Assembly: GCA_022711395.1 (NCBI GenBank)
Contig: JAKLFA010000003.1
Coordinates: 162,509-226,508 of the forward strand
Source of the DNA: Candidatus Omnitrophota bacterium
GTDB lineage: Bacteria; Omnitrophota; Gorgyraeia; Zapsychrales; JANLHA01
DNA length: 64,000 nt
Direction: 5' to 3'
In this document: piece after piece, positions 38,462-51,000 of the stretch
Layout of the letters: every line of letters begins with the position of its first letter
How positions within the stretch are numbered: the first letter of the stretch is position 1
Notes under the pieces: generated by a model
What the model saw: the letters and a program-made list of their open reading frames with translations, nothing else
What the model was told of the DNA's origin: nothing
Database searches by the model: none
Position numbers and translations under genes: made by a program

Positions 38462-39838
38462 TTAACTTTCAAGCAAATATTTGCTCTGGTTCACTGGGAC
38501 CTTGACTGGATATTTCCCCGAAAAACAGGCATGGCAGAACTGCGTCCCGTCGTTCATGACCGAAAGCATGCCTTCAAGGCTTAAATAGCCCAATGAATCG
38601 ACCTTGATGAACTTCGCGATCTCCTCCACGGATTTGCTGGAAGCGATCAATTCCTTCTTGCTCGGAAAATCGATCCCGTAAAAACACGGCCACTGGATCG
38701 GCGGACAGCTGATCCGCATGTGGATCTCCTTGATGCCCGCGTTGCGCAGCTCTTCAATACGGCTGCGGCTGGTGGTCCCCCGCACGATCGAGTCCTCAAC
38801 GACCACGACCCGCTTCCCTTTCAAAACATCACGGATCGGGTTAAGCTTTACGCGAACCCTGGCCTCCCGGATGAACTGGCTCGGCTGAATGAACGTCCGG
38901 CCGATATAATGATTGCGGATCAAGCCCGTCTCAAACGGCAGGCCCATCTCCTGGGCGTAGCCTAAGGCCGCGTAATTGCCTGAATCAGGAATGGCGATGA
39001 CAAAATCCGCGTTCTTGACCGGATGTTCCTTGGCCAGTTGAGCGCCCAGTCGTTTACGGGTCAAATAGACATTATCATTAAAAATATGGCTGTCCGGGCG
39101 GGCAAAATAAATGTTCTCAAAAACGCAATGGGCGTGTTTCTCGGCCCCGTTCTTTCCATAACGGCAGGTCTTTAGTTTATCCTTGTTGATGATCACCATT
39201 TCGCCGGGCTCGACCTCTCGGATAAACTCCGCCTTGATCAGGTCAAAAGCGCAGCTTTCACTGGCCAAAACATACCCGTCACCCGAACGGCCCAGGCATA
39301 AGGGCCGGAATCCTTGCGGGTCACGCGCGCCCACGATCGTGTCCCCAACCAAAAAAACGAGCGAAAACGCCCCTTCCAGCTGGCGCAGGACATTAGTGAA
39401 CATTTTTTCCAGGTCATTGGTCTTTTCTTTGGCTAAAAGATGAACGATCAGCTCGGAGTCCATGGTCGTCTGAAAAAGAGAACCTTCTTCTTCCAGCCGG
39501 CTGAACAGTTCCGCCGTATTGGTCAGATTGCCATTATGAGCGATCGCGATCGGACGTCCCCGGTGCCGGACCAAAAACGGCTGAATATTCTTCACGTTGC
39601 TGGAACCGGTCGTTGAATAACGGCAATGCCCGATAGCGGCATACCCTTTGAGCTTGATCAGGTCCTGATCGGTCAGGGCATCAGAGGCAAGCCCCGGGCT
39701 TTTGATCAGATGCACTTCCTGCCCGTCGAAAGACGCGACGCCCGCCGCCTCTTCCCCCCGGTGTTGAAGCGCATAGAGCCCCAAATAAATGGCTCTGCTT
39801 GCTTCAGGATGATTGGAAACTCCGATAATTCCGCACAT
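38462..39838 (-). CDS. purF: Amidophosphoribosyltransferase.
   Basis: N-terminal MCGIIG (Ntn Cys1), PRTase motif (VVVVEDSIVRGTT) and a C-terminal Cys cluster. Start is the ATG at 39838, 2 nt after the carB stop; the ORF-track start at 39871 is upstream. Confidence 0.9.
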   Translation of the reverse strand: MCGIIGVSNHPEASRAIYLGLYALQHRGEEAAGVASFDGQEVHLIKSPGLASDALTDQDLIKLKGYAAIGHCRYSTTGSSNVKNIQPFLVRHRGRPIAIAHNGNLTNTAELFSRLEEEGSLFQTTMDSELIVHLLAKEKTNDLEKMFTNVLRQLEGAFSLVFLVGDTIVGARDPQGFRPLCLGRSGDGYVLASESCAFDLIKAEFIREVEPGEMVIINKDKLKTCRYGKNGAEKHAHCVFENIYFARPDSHIFNDNVYLTRKRLGAQLAKEHPVKNADFVIAIPDSGNYAALGYAQEMGLPFETGLIRNHYIGRTFIQPSQFIREARVRVKLNPIRDVLKGKRVVVVEDSIVRGTTSRSRIEELRNAGIKEIHMRISCPPIQWPCFYGIDFPSKKELIASSKSVEEIAKFIKVDSLGYLSLEGMLSVMNDGTQFCHACFSGKYPVKVPVNQSKYLLES

Positions 39839-39840
39839 AG

Positions 39841-42800
39841 TTATTTTTTGTAATATTCCTGCAAAGAACAAACCGACCAGCCGTTCTTCAAACTGACGTC
39901 CAAAGCGTTAACGGCGGCCCAGGCTCCCTGCAGGGTCGTGATACATGGAATATTATGTAAAATCGCAGCCGCCCGCATCGCGCGCATATCCGACTGACTG
40001 CGTTCCCCAGATGGTGTATTGATGATCAAGTCGATCTTGTCCTCTTCGATCAATTTCAAAAGATCCTTCCGCCCTTCGCCGCATTTCTCGACCAATTTGA
40101 CCTTCACGCCGTTGGAGCGAAGGACTTTGGCGGTTCCCTTGGTGGCCATCAAAGCAAAGCCCAGATCTTCCAGTTTCTTGGCCAGAAAAATAATGTGCCT
40201 CTTGTCTTCATCGTTAACGCTTAAAAATATGGTTCCTTTGAGTGGAAGGCCCTGACCTGCGCAGATCTGGGACTTGGCGAACGCTTCACCATATGATAAC
40301 GCGATTCCCATGACTTCGCCAGTGGATTTCATCTCCGGCCCCAAGACAATGTCCACCCCGGAAAACCTCGAAAACGGAAGGACGGACTCTTTGATGGAAA
40401 AATGGCGCGGATCCTCTCTTTTCAATTCGAAATCCGACAGTTTTTTTCCGACCATGATCTTGGCGGCGATCCTGGCGACGGGATTGCCGGTGGCCTTGGC
40501 AACGAACGGCACCGTGCGCGAAGCGCGCGGATTGACCTCCAGAATATAAACATGGCTGCCCTTGATCGCGTATTGGATATTCATCAGTCCGACGACCTTC
40601 AGCCCCAGGGCGATATCGCGGGTATGCTGACGGATTCGCTCGATCACATGTTCGCTGATCGTCGGCGGCGGGATCACGCAGGCCGAATCGCCCGAATGGA
40701 TCCCCGCGTTCTCGATATGTTCCATGATCCCGGCCACGAAGACATCCTCGCCGTCACAGATCGCGTCCACGTCCACCTCGACCGCCTCTTCCACGAACTT
40801 ATCGATCAGGATCGGATGCCCCTGCGAAACCTCTTTCGCCTCATCAATGAACGATAACAACGTCTTCTCATCATACACGATCTTCATCGCGCGGCCACCC
40901 AGCACGTAGGACGGGCGCGCCAGGACCGGAAACCCGATCGAACGGGCGACCTTCAGGGCCTCTTCGGTCGAAATAGCGCTTCCGTTGGCGGGCTGTTCAA
41001 TGCCGAGCTTGGTAATAAATTTCGAAAATCGTTCCCGGTTCTCCGCCAGGTCGATGGAGTCAACCGATGTCCCGACGATCGGAACACCCGCCTGCTCCAG
41101 CCTCTGGGCCAGATTCAACGGCGTCTGCCCACCGTACTGAACGATCACGCCGTCCGGCTTTTCGACATCCACAATGTTCATCACGTCCTCAAAGGTCAGC
41201 GGCTCAAAATACAAACGGTCCGATGTGTCATAATCGGTCGAGACCGTTTCGGGATTGGAGTTGACCATGATCGTCTCGTAACCTAATTCTTTCATCGCAA
41301 AGGCAGCGTGACAGCAGCAATAATCAAACTCGATCCCCTGACCGATACGGTTGGGCCCGCCGCCTAAGATCATGATCTTCTTACGCTTTCCGAGCTTCGC
41401 GTCCATCTTCCGGTTCTCGATGACCGACTCGTCTTCCGTCTCATACGTTGAATAATAATACGGCGTGTAGGCCTCAAATTCGGCAGCGCAGGTATCAACC
41501 TGCTTAAAGGTCGCAACGATCCCCAGGTCTTTTCTCTTCTTTCGGAACTGCGGCTCGGACATGTTCAAAAACTTGGCCAGCTGCGCGTCGCTAAAACCCC
41601 ATTCCTTGGCTTGACGGACCGTTTCTTTTGAAAGATCCTTGTTTTGTTCGATCTCGGCCAGCATTTCCTTTTCAAAATTCAAAAGCTGCTCCATATGGGC
41701 GATGAACCACACGTCGATCTTGCTGACACGCGCGACTTCTTCAACGCTCATGCCCTTCTGAAGCGCATATTTGACATAAAAAATGCGGGAGGCGTTAGGT
41801 TCCATCAAACGCTTCTGGATCTTTTCATCCGGAATATCCTGAAAGTTGACTTTATTATCCAAACCGATATGGCCGATCTCAAGGCCCCTTAAGGCCTTTT
41901 GCAGGGCCTCTTTGAACGTGCGTCCGATGGCCATGGTTTCCCCGACGGATTTCATCTGGACTCCCAGAACGTCCTGGGCTTCGGGGAATTTTTCAAATGT
42001 AAAACGCGGCGCTTTCACGACACAGTAATCGATCGTCGGCTCAAAGCTGGCCGGCGTTTCGCGGGTGATGTCGTTCTGGATCTCATCCAGCGAATACCCG
42101 ACCGAAAGCTTGGCCGCGAATTTCGCGATCGGAAAACCCGTAGCTTTACTCGCCAGCGCCGAGCTTCTGGACACACGGGGGTTCATCTCAATAACGACCA
42201 TGCGACCGTTTTGGGGGTCGACCGCGAACTGAATGTTGGAACCGCCGGTCTCCACACCGATCTCCCGGATCAGGGCCAGCGAAGCGTTCCGCATATTTTG
42301 ATATTCGGCGTCGGTCAGCGTCTGCTGCGGCGCGACCGTGATGCTGTCACCGGTATGGACGCCCATCGGGTCAAGGTTCTCGATCGAGCAGACGATCACG
42401 ACATTGTCCTTATTGTCACGCATGACCTCCAGCTCAAATTCCTTCCAGCCTTCGATCGACTCTTCGATCAGGATTTCATGAATGATGCTGCTGGCCAGCC
42501 CCAGCTCGGCCATCCTGGCAAAATCTTCTTTTGAACGCACGATCCCGCCGCCGGTCCCTCCCAAAGTAAATGATGAACGGATAATAAGAGGGAATCCGAT
42601 CTCTTCGGCAGCCTTCCAGGCCTCATCCATATTATAAGCGAACGCGCTCCTGGGAAGGTCCAGACCGATCTTTTGCACGGCCTTCTTAAAATGTTCCCGG
42701 TCCTCGGCCTTTTTGATCACATCATAATCAGCGCCGATCAGCTTAACATTATGCTTCTGAAGGATCCCCTGTTCGTAAAGGGCGATCGCGGCATTCAACC

Positions 42801-43092
42801 CCGTCTGGCCGCCCAGCGTCGGTAATACCGCGTCAGGCTTTTCTTTTTCGATAACCTTCTCAAGAAACTCCGGGGTCAACGGTTCAATATAGGTGCGGTC
42901 GGCGGTCTCCGGATCCGTCATGATCGTGGCGGGATTGGAATTGACCAGAACCACCTCAAAGCCTTCCTGGCGAAGGGCCTTGCAGGCCTGGGTCCCGGAA
43001 TAATCGAACTCGCACGCCTGGCCGATCACGATGGGGCCTGAACCGATCAGTAAAATTTTATGGATGTCTGTGCGTTTAGGCATACTGATCAA
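39841..43092 (-). CDS. carB: Carbamoyl-phosphate synthase large subunit.
   Basis: 1083 aa with a duplicated ATP-grasp architecture and an MGS-like C-terminal domain. Confidence 0.95.
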   Translation of the reverse strand: MISMPKRTDIHKILLIGSGPIVIGQACEFDYSGTQACKALRQEGFEVVLVNSNPATIMTDPETADRTYIEPLTPEFLEKVIEKEKPDAVLPTLGGQTGLNAAIALYEQGILQKHNVKLIGADYDVIKKAEDREHFKKAVQKIGLDLPRSAFAYNMDEAWKAAEEIGFPLIIRSSFTLGGTGGGIVRSKEDFARMAELGLASSIIHEILIEESIEGWKEFELEVMRDNKDNVVIVCSIENLDPMGVHTGDSITVAPQQTLTDAEYQNMRNASLALIREIGVETGGSNIQFAVDPQNGRMVVIEMNPRVSRSSALASKATGFPIAKFAAKLSVGYSLDEIQNDITRETPASFEPTIDYCVVKAPRFTFEKFPEAQDVLGVQMKSVGETMAIGRTFKEALQKALRGLEIGHIGLDNKVNFQDIPDEKIQKRLMEPNASRIFYVKYALQKGMSVEEVARVSKIDVWFIAHMEQLLNFEKEMLAEIEQNKDLSKETVRQAKEWGFSDAQLAKFLNMSEPQFRKKRKDLGIVATFKQVDTCAAEFEAYTPYYYSTYETEDESVIENRKMDAKLGKRKKIMILGGGPNRIGQGIEFDYCCCHAAFAMKELGYETIMVNSNPETVSTDYDTSDRLYFEPLTFEDVMNIVDVEKPDGVIVQYGGQTPLNLAQRLEQAGVPIVGTSVDSIDLAENRERFSKFITKLGIEQPANGSAISTEEALKVARSIGFPVLARPSYVLGGRAMKIVYDEKTLLSFIDEAKEVSQGHPILIDKFVEEAVEVDVDAICDGEDVFVAGIMEHIENAGIHSGDSACVIPPPTISEHVIERIRQHTRDIALGLKVVGLMNIQYAIKGSHVYILEVNPRASRTVPFVAKATGNPVARIAAKIMVGKKLSDFELKREDPRHFSIKESVLPFSRFSGVDIVLGPEMKSTGEVMGIALSYGEAFAKSQICAGQGLPLKGTIFLSVNDEDKRHIIFLAKKLEDLGFALMATKGTAKVLRSNGVKVKLVEKCGEGRKDLLKLIEEDKIDLIINTPSGERSQSDMRAMRAAAILHNIPCITTLQGAWAAVNALDVSLKNGWSVCSLQEYYKK

Positions 43093-43130
43093 CCTTATAA
43101 AGTCACTATGGCACTACGGCACTCAGCGCC

Positions 43131-44237
43131 TTAGCGTCTTTTCGACTCTGCCATAAGTTTAATAAAATCTTCAAACAAATACTGCGCGTCATGCGGTCCC
43201 GGCGCAGCCTCCGGATGATGCTGGACCGAATAGATCGGAAATTTTTTGTGCCGGATGCCTTCGATCGTCTGGTCATTCAGATTTTTATTGATGATCTCGA
43301 TCTGTTCCTTATCCAGAGAATCAATGTCCACGCAGAACCCGTGGTTTTGCGACGTGATCCCGATGCGTTCGTCCCTTGAATCCAGGACAGGATGATTGGC
43401 GCCGTGATGACCGAATTTCAATTTAAAGGTGCGCCCCCCCAGGGCCAGCCCCATGATCTGATTCCCCAAACAGATCCCGAAGATCGGCAATTTTCCGACC
43501 GCTTTTTTAGCTTCAGAAATAACATACGGGACCGCCGCCGGATCTCCCGGCCCGTTCGAAATAAAAAGCCCGTCCGGCTTATAGGCCATGATCTCCTCAA
43601 ATGTCGTGCCCGCCGGCACCACCTGGCATTCGCAGCCAAGCCGCGCGAAGATCCGTAAAATATTGAATTTCACACCGCAATCGATCACCGCGACCCGAAA
43701 ACGGGGGCGGTCCTTGAACTCTCCTTCGGCCGGCCACAGATACGGTTTTTTACAGATCACTTCTTTAACCCAATCCGCGCCTTCCATGGATGGGACCTTT
43801 TTCATTTTTTGAGCCAGGCTTTTCGGATCCAGGTCTTCTGTTGAAATGATCGCGCGCATGGCCCCCCGCTCACGAAGATGGCGCGTTAAAGCGCGCGTAT
43901 CGATCCCCTCGACCGCCATGACCTTATAACGGTTCAAATAATCAATGAGGCTCTCCGTGGCCCTGAAATTAGAATGATAACGGCAGAACTCCTTGACAAG
44001 GAATCCTTTAACATGGACACCACCGGATTCAACGTCTGTTTCATTTACGCCGTAATTGCCGATCAAAGGATAGGTCATGGTGACGATCTGACCGGCATAG
44101 CTGGGGTCGGTGAGGATTTCCTGATAACCGCTCATCGCGGTATTAAAGACAACTTCGCCTGAAGTTTCGCCTGTCGTGGCAAGCGTTTGACCGTAATAAC
44201 AAGTTCCGTCTTCTAAGTAAACAACTGCGTTTTTCAT
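43131..44237 (-). CDS. carA: Carbamoyl-phosphate synthase small subunit (glutamine amidotransferase).
   Basis: CarA N-terminal domain plus a GATase triad (GICLGNQ, H, E). 368 aa, upstream of carB. Confidence 0.95.
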   Translation of the reverse strand: MKNAVVYLEDGTCYYGQTLATTGETSGEVVFNTAMSGYQEILTDPSYAGQIVTMTYPLIGNYGVNETDVESGGVHVKGFLVKEFCRYHSNFRATESLIDYLNRYKVMAVEGIDTRALTRHLRERGAMRAIISTEDLDPKSLAQKMKKVPSMEGADWVKEVICKKPYLWPAEGEFKDRPRFRVAVIDCGVKFNILRIFARLGCECQVVPAGTTFEEIMAYKPDGLFISNGPGDPAAVPYVISEAKKAVGKLPIFGICLGNQIMGLALGGRTFKLKFGHHGANHPVLDSRDERIGITSQNHGFCVDIDSLDKEQIEIINKNLNDQTIEGIRHKKFPIYSVQHHPEAAPGPHDAQYLFEDFIKLMAESKRR

Positions 44238-44403
44238 AAATTTTCTATAAAAAAAGCCCTCCCAAAGCCAAAGACTTTTGAGGGCTCCAATGCCCTAAAA
44301 CCCGCACTACTATAACGATAGAGTTTGTCTTTGTCAAGGATTTTCCCTGCTGAGGGCTTGTCCTTTATCGTCGAGAATTCACAAAATCCTGATCCGCCGC
44401 GTG

Positions 44404-44901
44404 TTACTGGGATAATCCCTGAAGAAGCACCAGAGCGCGCCGAAAATTCTCTTCATTCCGCTCTTTTTGGAAGATCAAAAGGCTTTTTTCCGCGTTCTGA
44501 ACAGCCTGTTCTTTCTTGCCCTGCAGTCCATTGGCAATGGCCAGAAGGTAATAGACCTCACCCTGGTCCGGCGCCACCCTCAAGGCCGCGCTATATGTCT
44601 GTGCTGCGTTATCAAAATCATTCAAATGCATATAGGTCTGGCCAAGGATCAAATAGGCCTGCAAATCCTGCGGGTCGCTCTGGATCGCCATTAATAAGCT
44701 TTTTACCGCTTCGGGGGCATTGGCCTCCTGCAAGTATTTGACCCCTTGGGCAAGGTATTCCTGATTGCCCGAAGCCTGTCCTGACGGTGTTACTGCTTGC
44801 TGTTGAAGAGCCTGCGATGGGGGAAGTTGAGGTTGGGGTTTTTGGTTCTGGCATCCCGTCAGCACAAAAACAACTGCGATCCCTAAAATAAACCTTCTCA
44901 T
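44404..44901 (-). CDS. TPR-repeat lipoprotein (165 aa). It lies immediately downstream of the giant gene.
   Basis: Signal peptide with lipobox (VLTGC), a Gln/Pro-rich linker and three TPR-like helical repeats. Confidence 0.7.
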   Translation of the reverse strand: MRRFILGIAVVFVLTGCQNQKPQPQLPPSQALQQQAVTPSGQASGNQEYLAQGVKYLQEANAPEAVKSLLMAIQSDPQDLQAYLILGQTYMHLNDFDNAAQTYSAALRVAPDQGEVYYLLAIANGLQGKKEQAVQNAEKSLLIFQKERNEENFRRALVLLQGLSQ

Positions 44902-45057
44902 ACAGACTCCTTATGTTCGAGGATTAAAATTTAGTTTATTATACTATAGAAAATAAATATAGCAATCTTTAGAACGCATCTTCTCTTGTTTTTATTTAAT
45001 ATGTAACCGTTTGAAAACAAATGGTTTGAATGTCTTTTGCCCCCCAAGAACCAACGG

Positions 45058-48000
45058 TTACGGCGTCTGGCCCAGAAAATGCATGACATTGGCGTGAGGA
45101 AGAACATTGACCACAACTGGTGAGAGCCCGGTCAGCTCTTCTTTCAAGAGCAGCTCCGGCGCATCAAGCGATTCTGTCCAGCGCCGCCATAATTGATCGG
45201 TCACTGCGGAAGTTTCAACATCGATATCCGTAAGATCGATACCACCTGTCGGCGCCCCTTCGCCTGGCAAGACGGCGGAGTTCGTCCCCCTTTCCCCTGT
45301 CCTCCTTCCCCCTTCTGTTTTTTTCGCCTGCTCCGCCAGCGACTGGGCAGCGATCTGCCTCATAAAAAATTTAAATCTTTTTCCATGCGTAAAAATACTT
45401 TCTTCTTTTTCGGAAATAAAGAACACTCCACTCAAATTCTTCAGCCCTCCAGAATCGACCAAATGCTCAAGAAAATGCGCAGCCTCATGAACGACCGTCT
45501 CCGTTGCCTGATGCCGGCCGCTTAAACTTGCTATCCCTTCAGCCAGTGTGTCAGCGTTAAGGTACATGGTCACTTCGCCGGCCATATTAATAGAAAACAG
45601 CCCGCTAAAAGGAAGCCGTTTCCCGCGACCGGAGACGATCTTGACGTCCTGAAGCCCCAAAGGCCCCGCCACCTCCCGCCCGATCCGCAAAAGAGCCTTC
45701 AACGGTTCCGTGCCCGGATCGATCACATGATCTTCAGGGTTAATGCTCTGGCTTTCTTCCATGTCCGCCGCGACCTGGGCCCTTTTTTGAGCATGAGGGT
45801 CATGGGAACGCAGCGATCGTTCATAATCACGTCCTGTTTTTTGAGCGGCCAGACGTGCGCGCCGTTCATCGATCTTGGCCTGGGTCTTGATCCGCCTTTG
45901 CAAATAGCTGTTCACCTGCGGCCGGCCCTGTTCATCCGGAACAAACGCTTCGATCAGGACAAGGACGCGGGTCAGGACATCATCCGTTCGGTCGCAAAGG
46001 TCCCTCATGGATTCCAATCGATCATAATCGAAAGAATCCGCCGCGGCCCCCTTAAAAAGCTCCTGATTGATCTGCCCGATCACATCAAACATGTGGATAT
46101 TCCCGTCCAGCATAAGCCCAGGATTGTTTTGCGGTTCAACCGAGTTCCAATAATGCTCCGCCGGATTGACCTCCCAGTCCCTGGGAACCTCATCTAGCGT
46201 GAATGTTGTCTCCTTGCTTAATCCCCTGGAGACAAGAGCGCGATAGAAAGCGACCGCGACACTCTTTTGGATCTCCGGCAGGACCACATCCTCCTCCATG
46301 AACGAACTGCGGTTCTGGATCAGGCGTAACGGCGCATCAATTTGAATGACCAGCCCGATCTGTTTGGCATACCGCCGCAATTTTTGCGGGACCAGATCAA
46401 GAAAATGTTCTTTTTCTTTCAAGCTGTCGATCCGCAAACCCCGGCGGTCAACGACCTGCATCGGCATATCAGGATCCGCCGTGGCCCATACACGGACAGA
46501 ACCCTCCACGGTCCTTCCTTCGTCAAGAGATCGCACGCGCAATCCCGCTGAGGCCAGAGCCTCTTTTCCTCTGACCGCCAAAACGTCCGCGTCCTGAAGC
46601 GTTCCATCCTCTGCTGCCGGCTTCAAGAACCGGATGTTGAATTCCCCTCCTGCGGACATCCCGGCGTGCATCTTCCAGGCCCTGCGGGCGATCATCTGCT
46701 CAAGTTCCGGCAAACTTTTTCCGGGAGCGCGCATCCGCCGAATCCCAACACCTTTTTTAACAGACGAAGACGGGATCTTGGTGATCTCCACCAGCACGAG
46801 CTTGCGCCGTTCATAATCCACTTCGACATCAAAAACAAAACTCTCAACCCCGTTGTTCATGATGATCTGGACCTGGTCCATGCCGGCATACATCGTGAAT
46901 TTTCCTGTTCCAAAAAATCCGACCACCTGAGAATCCTGCCCGGCCTCCGCCTTATTCGATTGAGGGATCAAAAGCGCCAGGGCCTTGCCCAACGGAGGCC
47001 CGGCCCCGTCATCCCAGATCTCTTCGACATACATCCCGCTGCGCTCATCCACATAATATTCGATCTCAAGGTTCCTGGCGCCGGCATCCGTGGAATTCTG
47101 AGCGATCTCAGCGGCATAGGCCCCCGCCTCCCTCTGGACCTCGACCAATTTAAAGATCTCCTCGGTCAACTTGGCGCTTCCTGTCTGGCGTGAGACCGCT
47201 TCGCTGTTCGCAATAATATCGTCGATCGTATAAAGATCTGTGTCCTGCTCGGCCCTCCTGGGCTTGGAGCGGTTATACATCGCCAACTGGTCCAGCGTCA
47301 CATCGATCGAATGGAACTCTCCCGGAAAGACCTCGATCTTCTTCTTCGCGATCGGCTCCGTGTCGCTGACAAGAAAAACAAAAAAATCATTTAGGATCCC
47401 CAGCGACCCCCTGTCCGCCTCAGGGTCGGTCAACGCACGGAACAATTCATCCTGTTCAAAACCTTCGAATGCCCGGCTCATTTCTTCAATGTAACGAGGA
47501 TATTGGAGCATTTTTTCAAGCTGTCCGGCAAATCTGGCAGGGTCCACCCCTTCCTCATTGACCAGCAACTGCAGTATTTGAACGACCTTGGAAACATGCT
47601 CCGCGCCGCTGCCCTGGATCTTTCCGATCAATGCCTGGACCGGGGCCATGGCTGATAACAACGGTTCGGTCCTCGGATACCATCCATAGGACAGAGCTAA
47701 AAAGAATTCTTCTGTTAGAACCGCTGAATTGACCTCATGATCAGCGCCGGCCAGCGCCATCAATCCGGCAAAGAAATTTCTATAAAGGTCTGCCCGCGCC
47801 TTTCTGCCCTCCTGTTCGAACCGTCCCTGGATCTTCTGCCATACAGTAGACCCGTCGGGAAGAACTCTGTCAAGGGCCTGCACAAAAGCCCCCATGCGTT
47901 CAGCCATTTTGGAAAAAGGCTCATAACCCAACTCCACCGGCTCTCCTCCTTCCGCACGGTCGATCTGCTTCTTAAGCTGTTCCTGGATCCTCCGGCTCTC

Positions 48001-51000
48001 CGATACATAAAGATGAAAAATTCCCGGCGCCATCTCTCTTTGAAGGCGATCCGGAACACGTTCCAAAAGCGGCCCATACACCGCCTGGGCCCGACCGATC
48101 CATTCAGCCCGATGAGCAGCGACAAGCCTATTCCATGCTTCCAGCGTCTTTCCCCCGATCCGGGGCCGGCTGACCGGGGCCCGCCCCAGAACAAAAAGCC
48201 TGGGATCGATAAGGCTCAACCGGTTCATCGCCGTGGCCGGACTTCCATGCTCCTGCTTCCACCTGAAATCGATCGAATCCTTTTCCCCGGAAGGCGGAAC
48301 AAGGGCGGGGGATTTAACGAACTCACTGAACGGGATCTGATACAAGAGCCCGTCCGGGGTCAGCAAAAGATGAACATCTCCGCTCGGTGAATATGTGCGC
48401 TGCTCATCAAGAAGGACGATCGTGAAATACGTTTCCTTGCCTATCGTATGCCTGACCGGCCCCACCAAAGACTTGACCGTGCCCGGAAAGATCTCCGCAG
48501 TCAAAAAATCCTCAAGATTTGCCTCCGCCGCCTGACCGGTCAGCGGATTAAAAAAGATCCTGGCGGCAACGCGGTCATCGATCGAATCGAACTTGACCGG
48601 GATCCGCGCCTGCCCGATGAATTCCAGCTCAAACTCTCCGGGGTCCGCGAGCTCATGGTCCTTCGATTCAGAAATGATCTGCCCATTTTCCCCCATCCGA
48701 AAGAACCTGTACATGCGTCCCTGATAGCCGTTTGAAAGAAGCGATACCGGCTGCATGGAATACTGAATGAACAATCCTCCTCCCAGATGGCGGATGTTTT
48801 CACTGACCGGGGCCGCGACCGTATCTGAAATCTTTTTAGGATTCAATATGAAATCCACGTCTCGAACGCTTCCGTTTTTTTTCTCGATCCCTTCAAAATA
48901 TCTTGGAACAGAAGAGTCGGAATACCCGGAAAAATCTCCCTGATAAATCAGCTTTCCTGTTAATTGATCATAAACGCTGAGCTGCCAATACAGGCCGGGG
49001 TCATCTTGCAGGACCTTGGCGCCGTTCTCGATATCAGAGGGAAGGGCCTCCTGGCTGGCAACAACAAAAACACGATCACCCTCCTTGGCTGTTCCCACAA
49101 GATAGCGTGGACGCCCGCTCATCATGGGCACATCTAAATTGGCGCGGTCTAACGGATCGCGTTTAACGCCAAACACATGGACCGCAATATTGGACCAGGA
49201 CTCTTCACCAATGTAATTCAGATATCCCGCTCCGTTACGCATCATGGAAATTCGTTCGCCTTGCCCGGCAGATTCTCTCATCTGTGTTTGGTCGATAGAA
49301 TGATTTTTACAATCATACGCCCAGACCGTGCCCTGAAACGACTCCCCCGGGATACTCGCATCGTTCACAATAAAGAAACCTGTTTCCGAATCAGGATGTT
49401 CTATCAGCTTCGTTTTCAGGCCATTGGTTTCGATCTTGTTTTTGACCGCTCCGGTTCTGATGTCGATCACGTCCCACGACTGCCTGTCCGAGCCAAAAGG
49501 CTCCCCTATATTTAAGATCGGCGCCATTCCGTCACGCACCACCAGCGTGTTGCCGAACAAATACCTCTCCGAACTAAACCTGTAATTGACAAAAAGGTCC
49601 AGCGGAAAAAATCTATGCGCCTTTTGCTGGTCAGGGTCCACGAATTCATCACGGCTAAAACTCCGGAAGACGATCTCATCCCGCGCGGACTCGACGACAA
49701 CGCCTTTCTCAAAAAAATACGCGTTCCGATGCCGGCCCAAATACTTTCCGGTCTTCTGCGGCCCCCCGGCCTCACTGGATATATAATTGATCATGTCCAC
49801 AAAACTCCCGAACGTCGATTCTTTCTGCCTTGCCAATTCCTTAAGAGAAGGGTTCCTGGCTTCCCCTGCCACGGGCCTGAAGATCTTCACCGAAGGCTCC
49901 TTCAAAAATCCCTCAATGGCCGCGGCATCCGGCCCGACGGGCTGAACATCAGACGGACCCGGCCCCTCCGATCCCCCGGTCTTTTTTTGAAGCCGGCTTC
50001 TCTGTCCTCCCATTTCATAACTTGTCGTCAAATCTTCTTCTTTAGTGATCTGGATGGACAAACGTTCCAGCAGAGATGCCAGACGGATCTGCTCATCATC
50101 AGAAAGCGCTCCGTCGCGTTCTCTTTTTTCTATCAAATCTAAAACCACATCCATCCACTGTTTAGGAACAAGGATCACCGTTCCTGTTTCGATCATCGGG
50201 ATCTGCGCGTCCTTAGCCCCAAGCTGCAATTGTTTCATGCTGTCTTCATTAAAATCAACGGCCATCAACGTCAGTTCGGTCTCGCGCCCGTTCACGCGCT
50301 GCGATACGGAAATGATGTCTTTGGAAACCGCCCTGGCCTGCAGACTTTTTAAGGCCGTTGCGCCGTCCTGCCAGTCAAACAGGAATTCATTCAAATACAC
50401 AGCCGTCACGCCTTGCGGCAAAGCCACCTGCGAGAACTGGACATCGTCCGGGAAGAACAAATATTTCGGATCGCCTGAAAGCTTTAAGACCACCCGCCCG
50501 ATCAGCTCTTTGACCCGGCCCCTCATCATCTGCAGCACCTGTTGATTGTGAGGGTTATCTCCCGCAAGTTCCTGAAGACCGTTAATTAAAGAGTTGATCA
50601 GCCGTAATTTATCGATATCCGTCATCCGGTCCTGCGTGATGCTGAGGATCTGCCTCACCACCTGTTCGATGCCGGCCGCCATCGCCTGCTGCCCGCTCTC
50701 TGAAGACGGAAAAATGATCTTGTCCCGCGCCTGCTGGACCTGCAACAACCGGCCCATTTCAAGCATCAGCCGTCCTTTAAAGATCCCCTGAGGATGGATG
50801 CCGGAAGGGACCTCGATCTCCTTAATGATCTCTCCGTTGCGAGAAAAGGCGACAACGCTGCGTTCCTCCGGCATGTCCTCATGCGCCAAAGCAAGATAAT
50901 CGAGCTCATTCTGAATATGCTCCGCCGTCAGCTGCGAGGCCGCCTGTTTGTCCCCGCCTTCCGCCGGAATGAACATGCGTGATAGCGTCGCGACGTTCAT

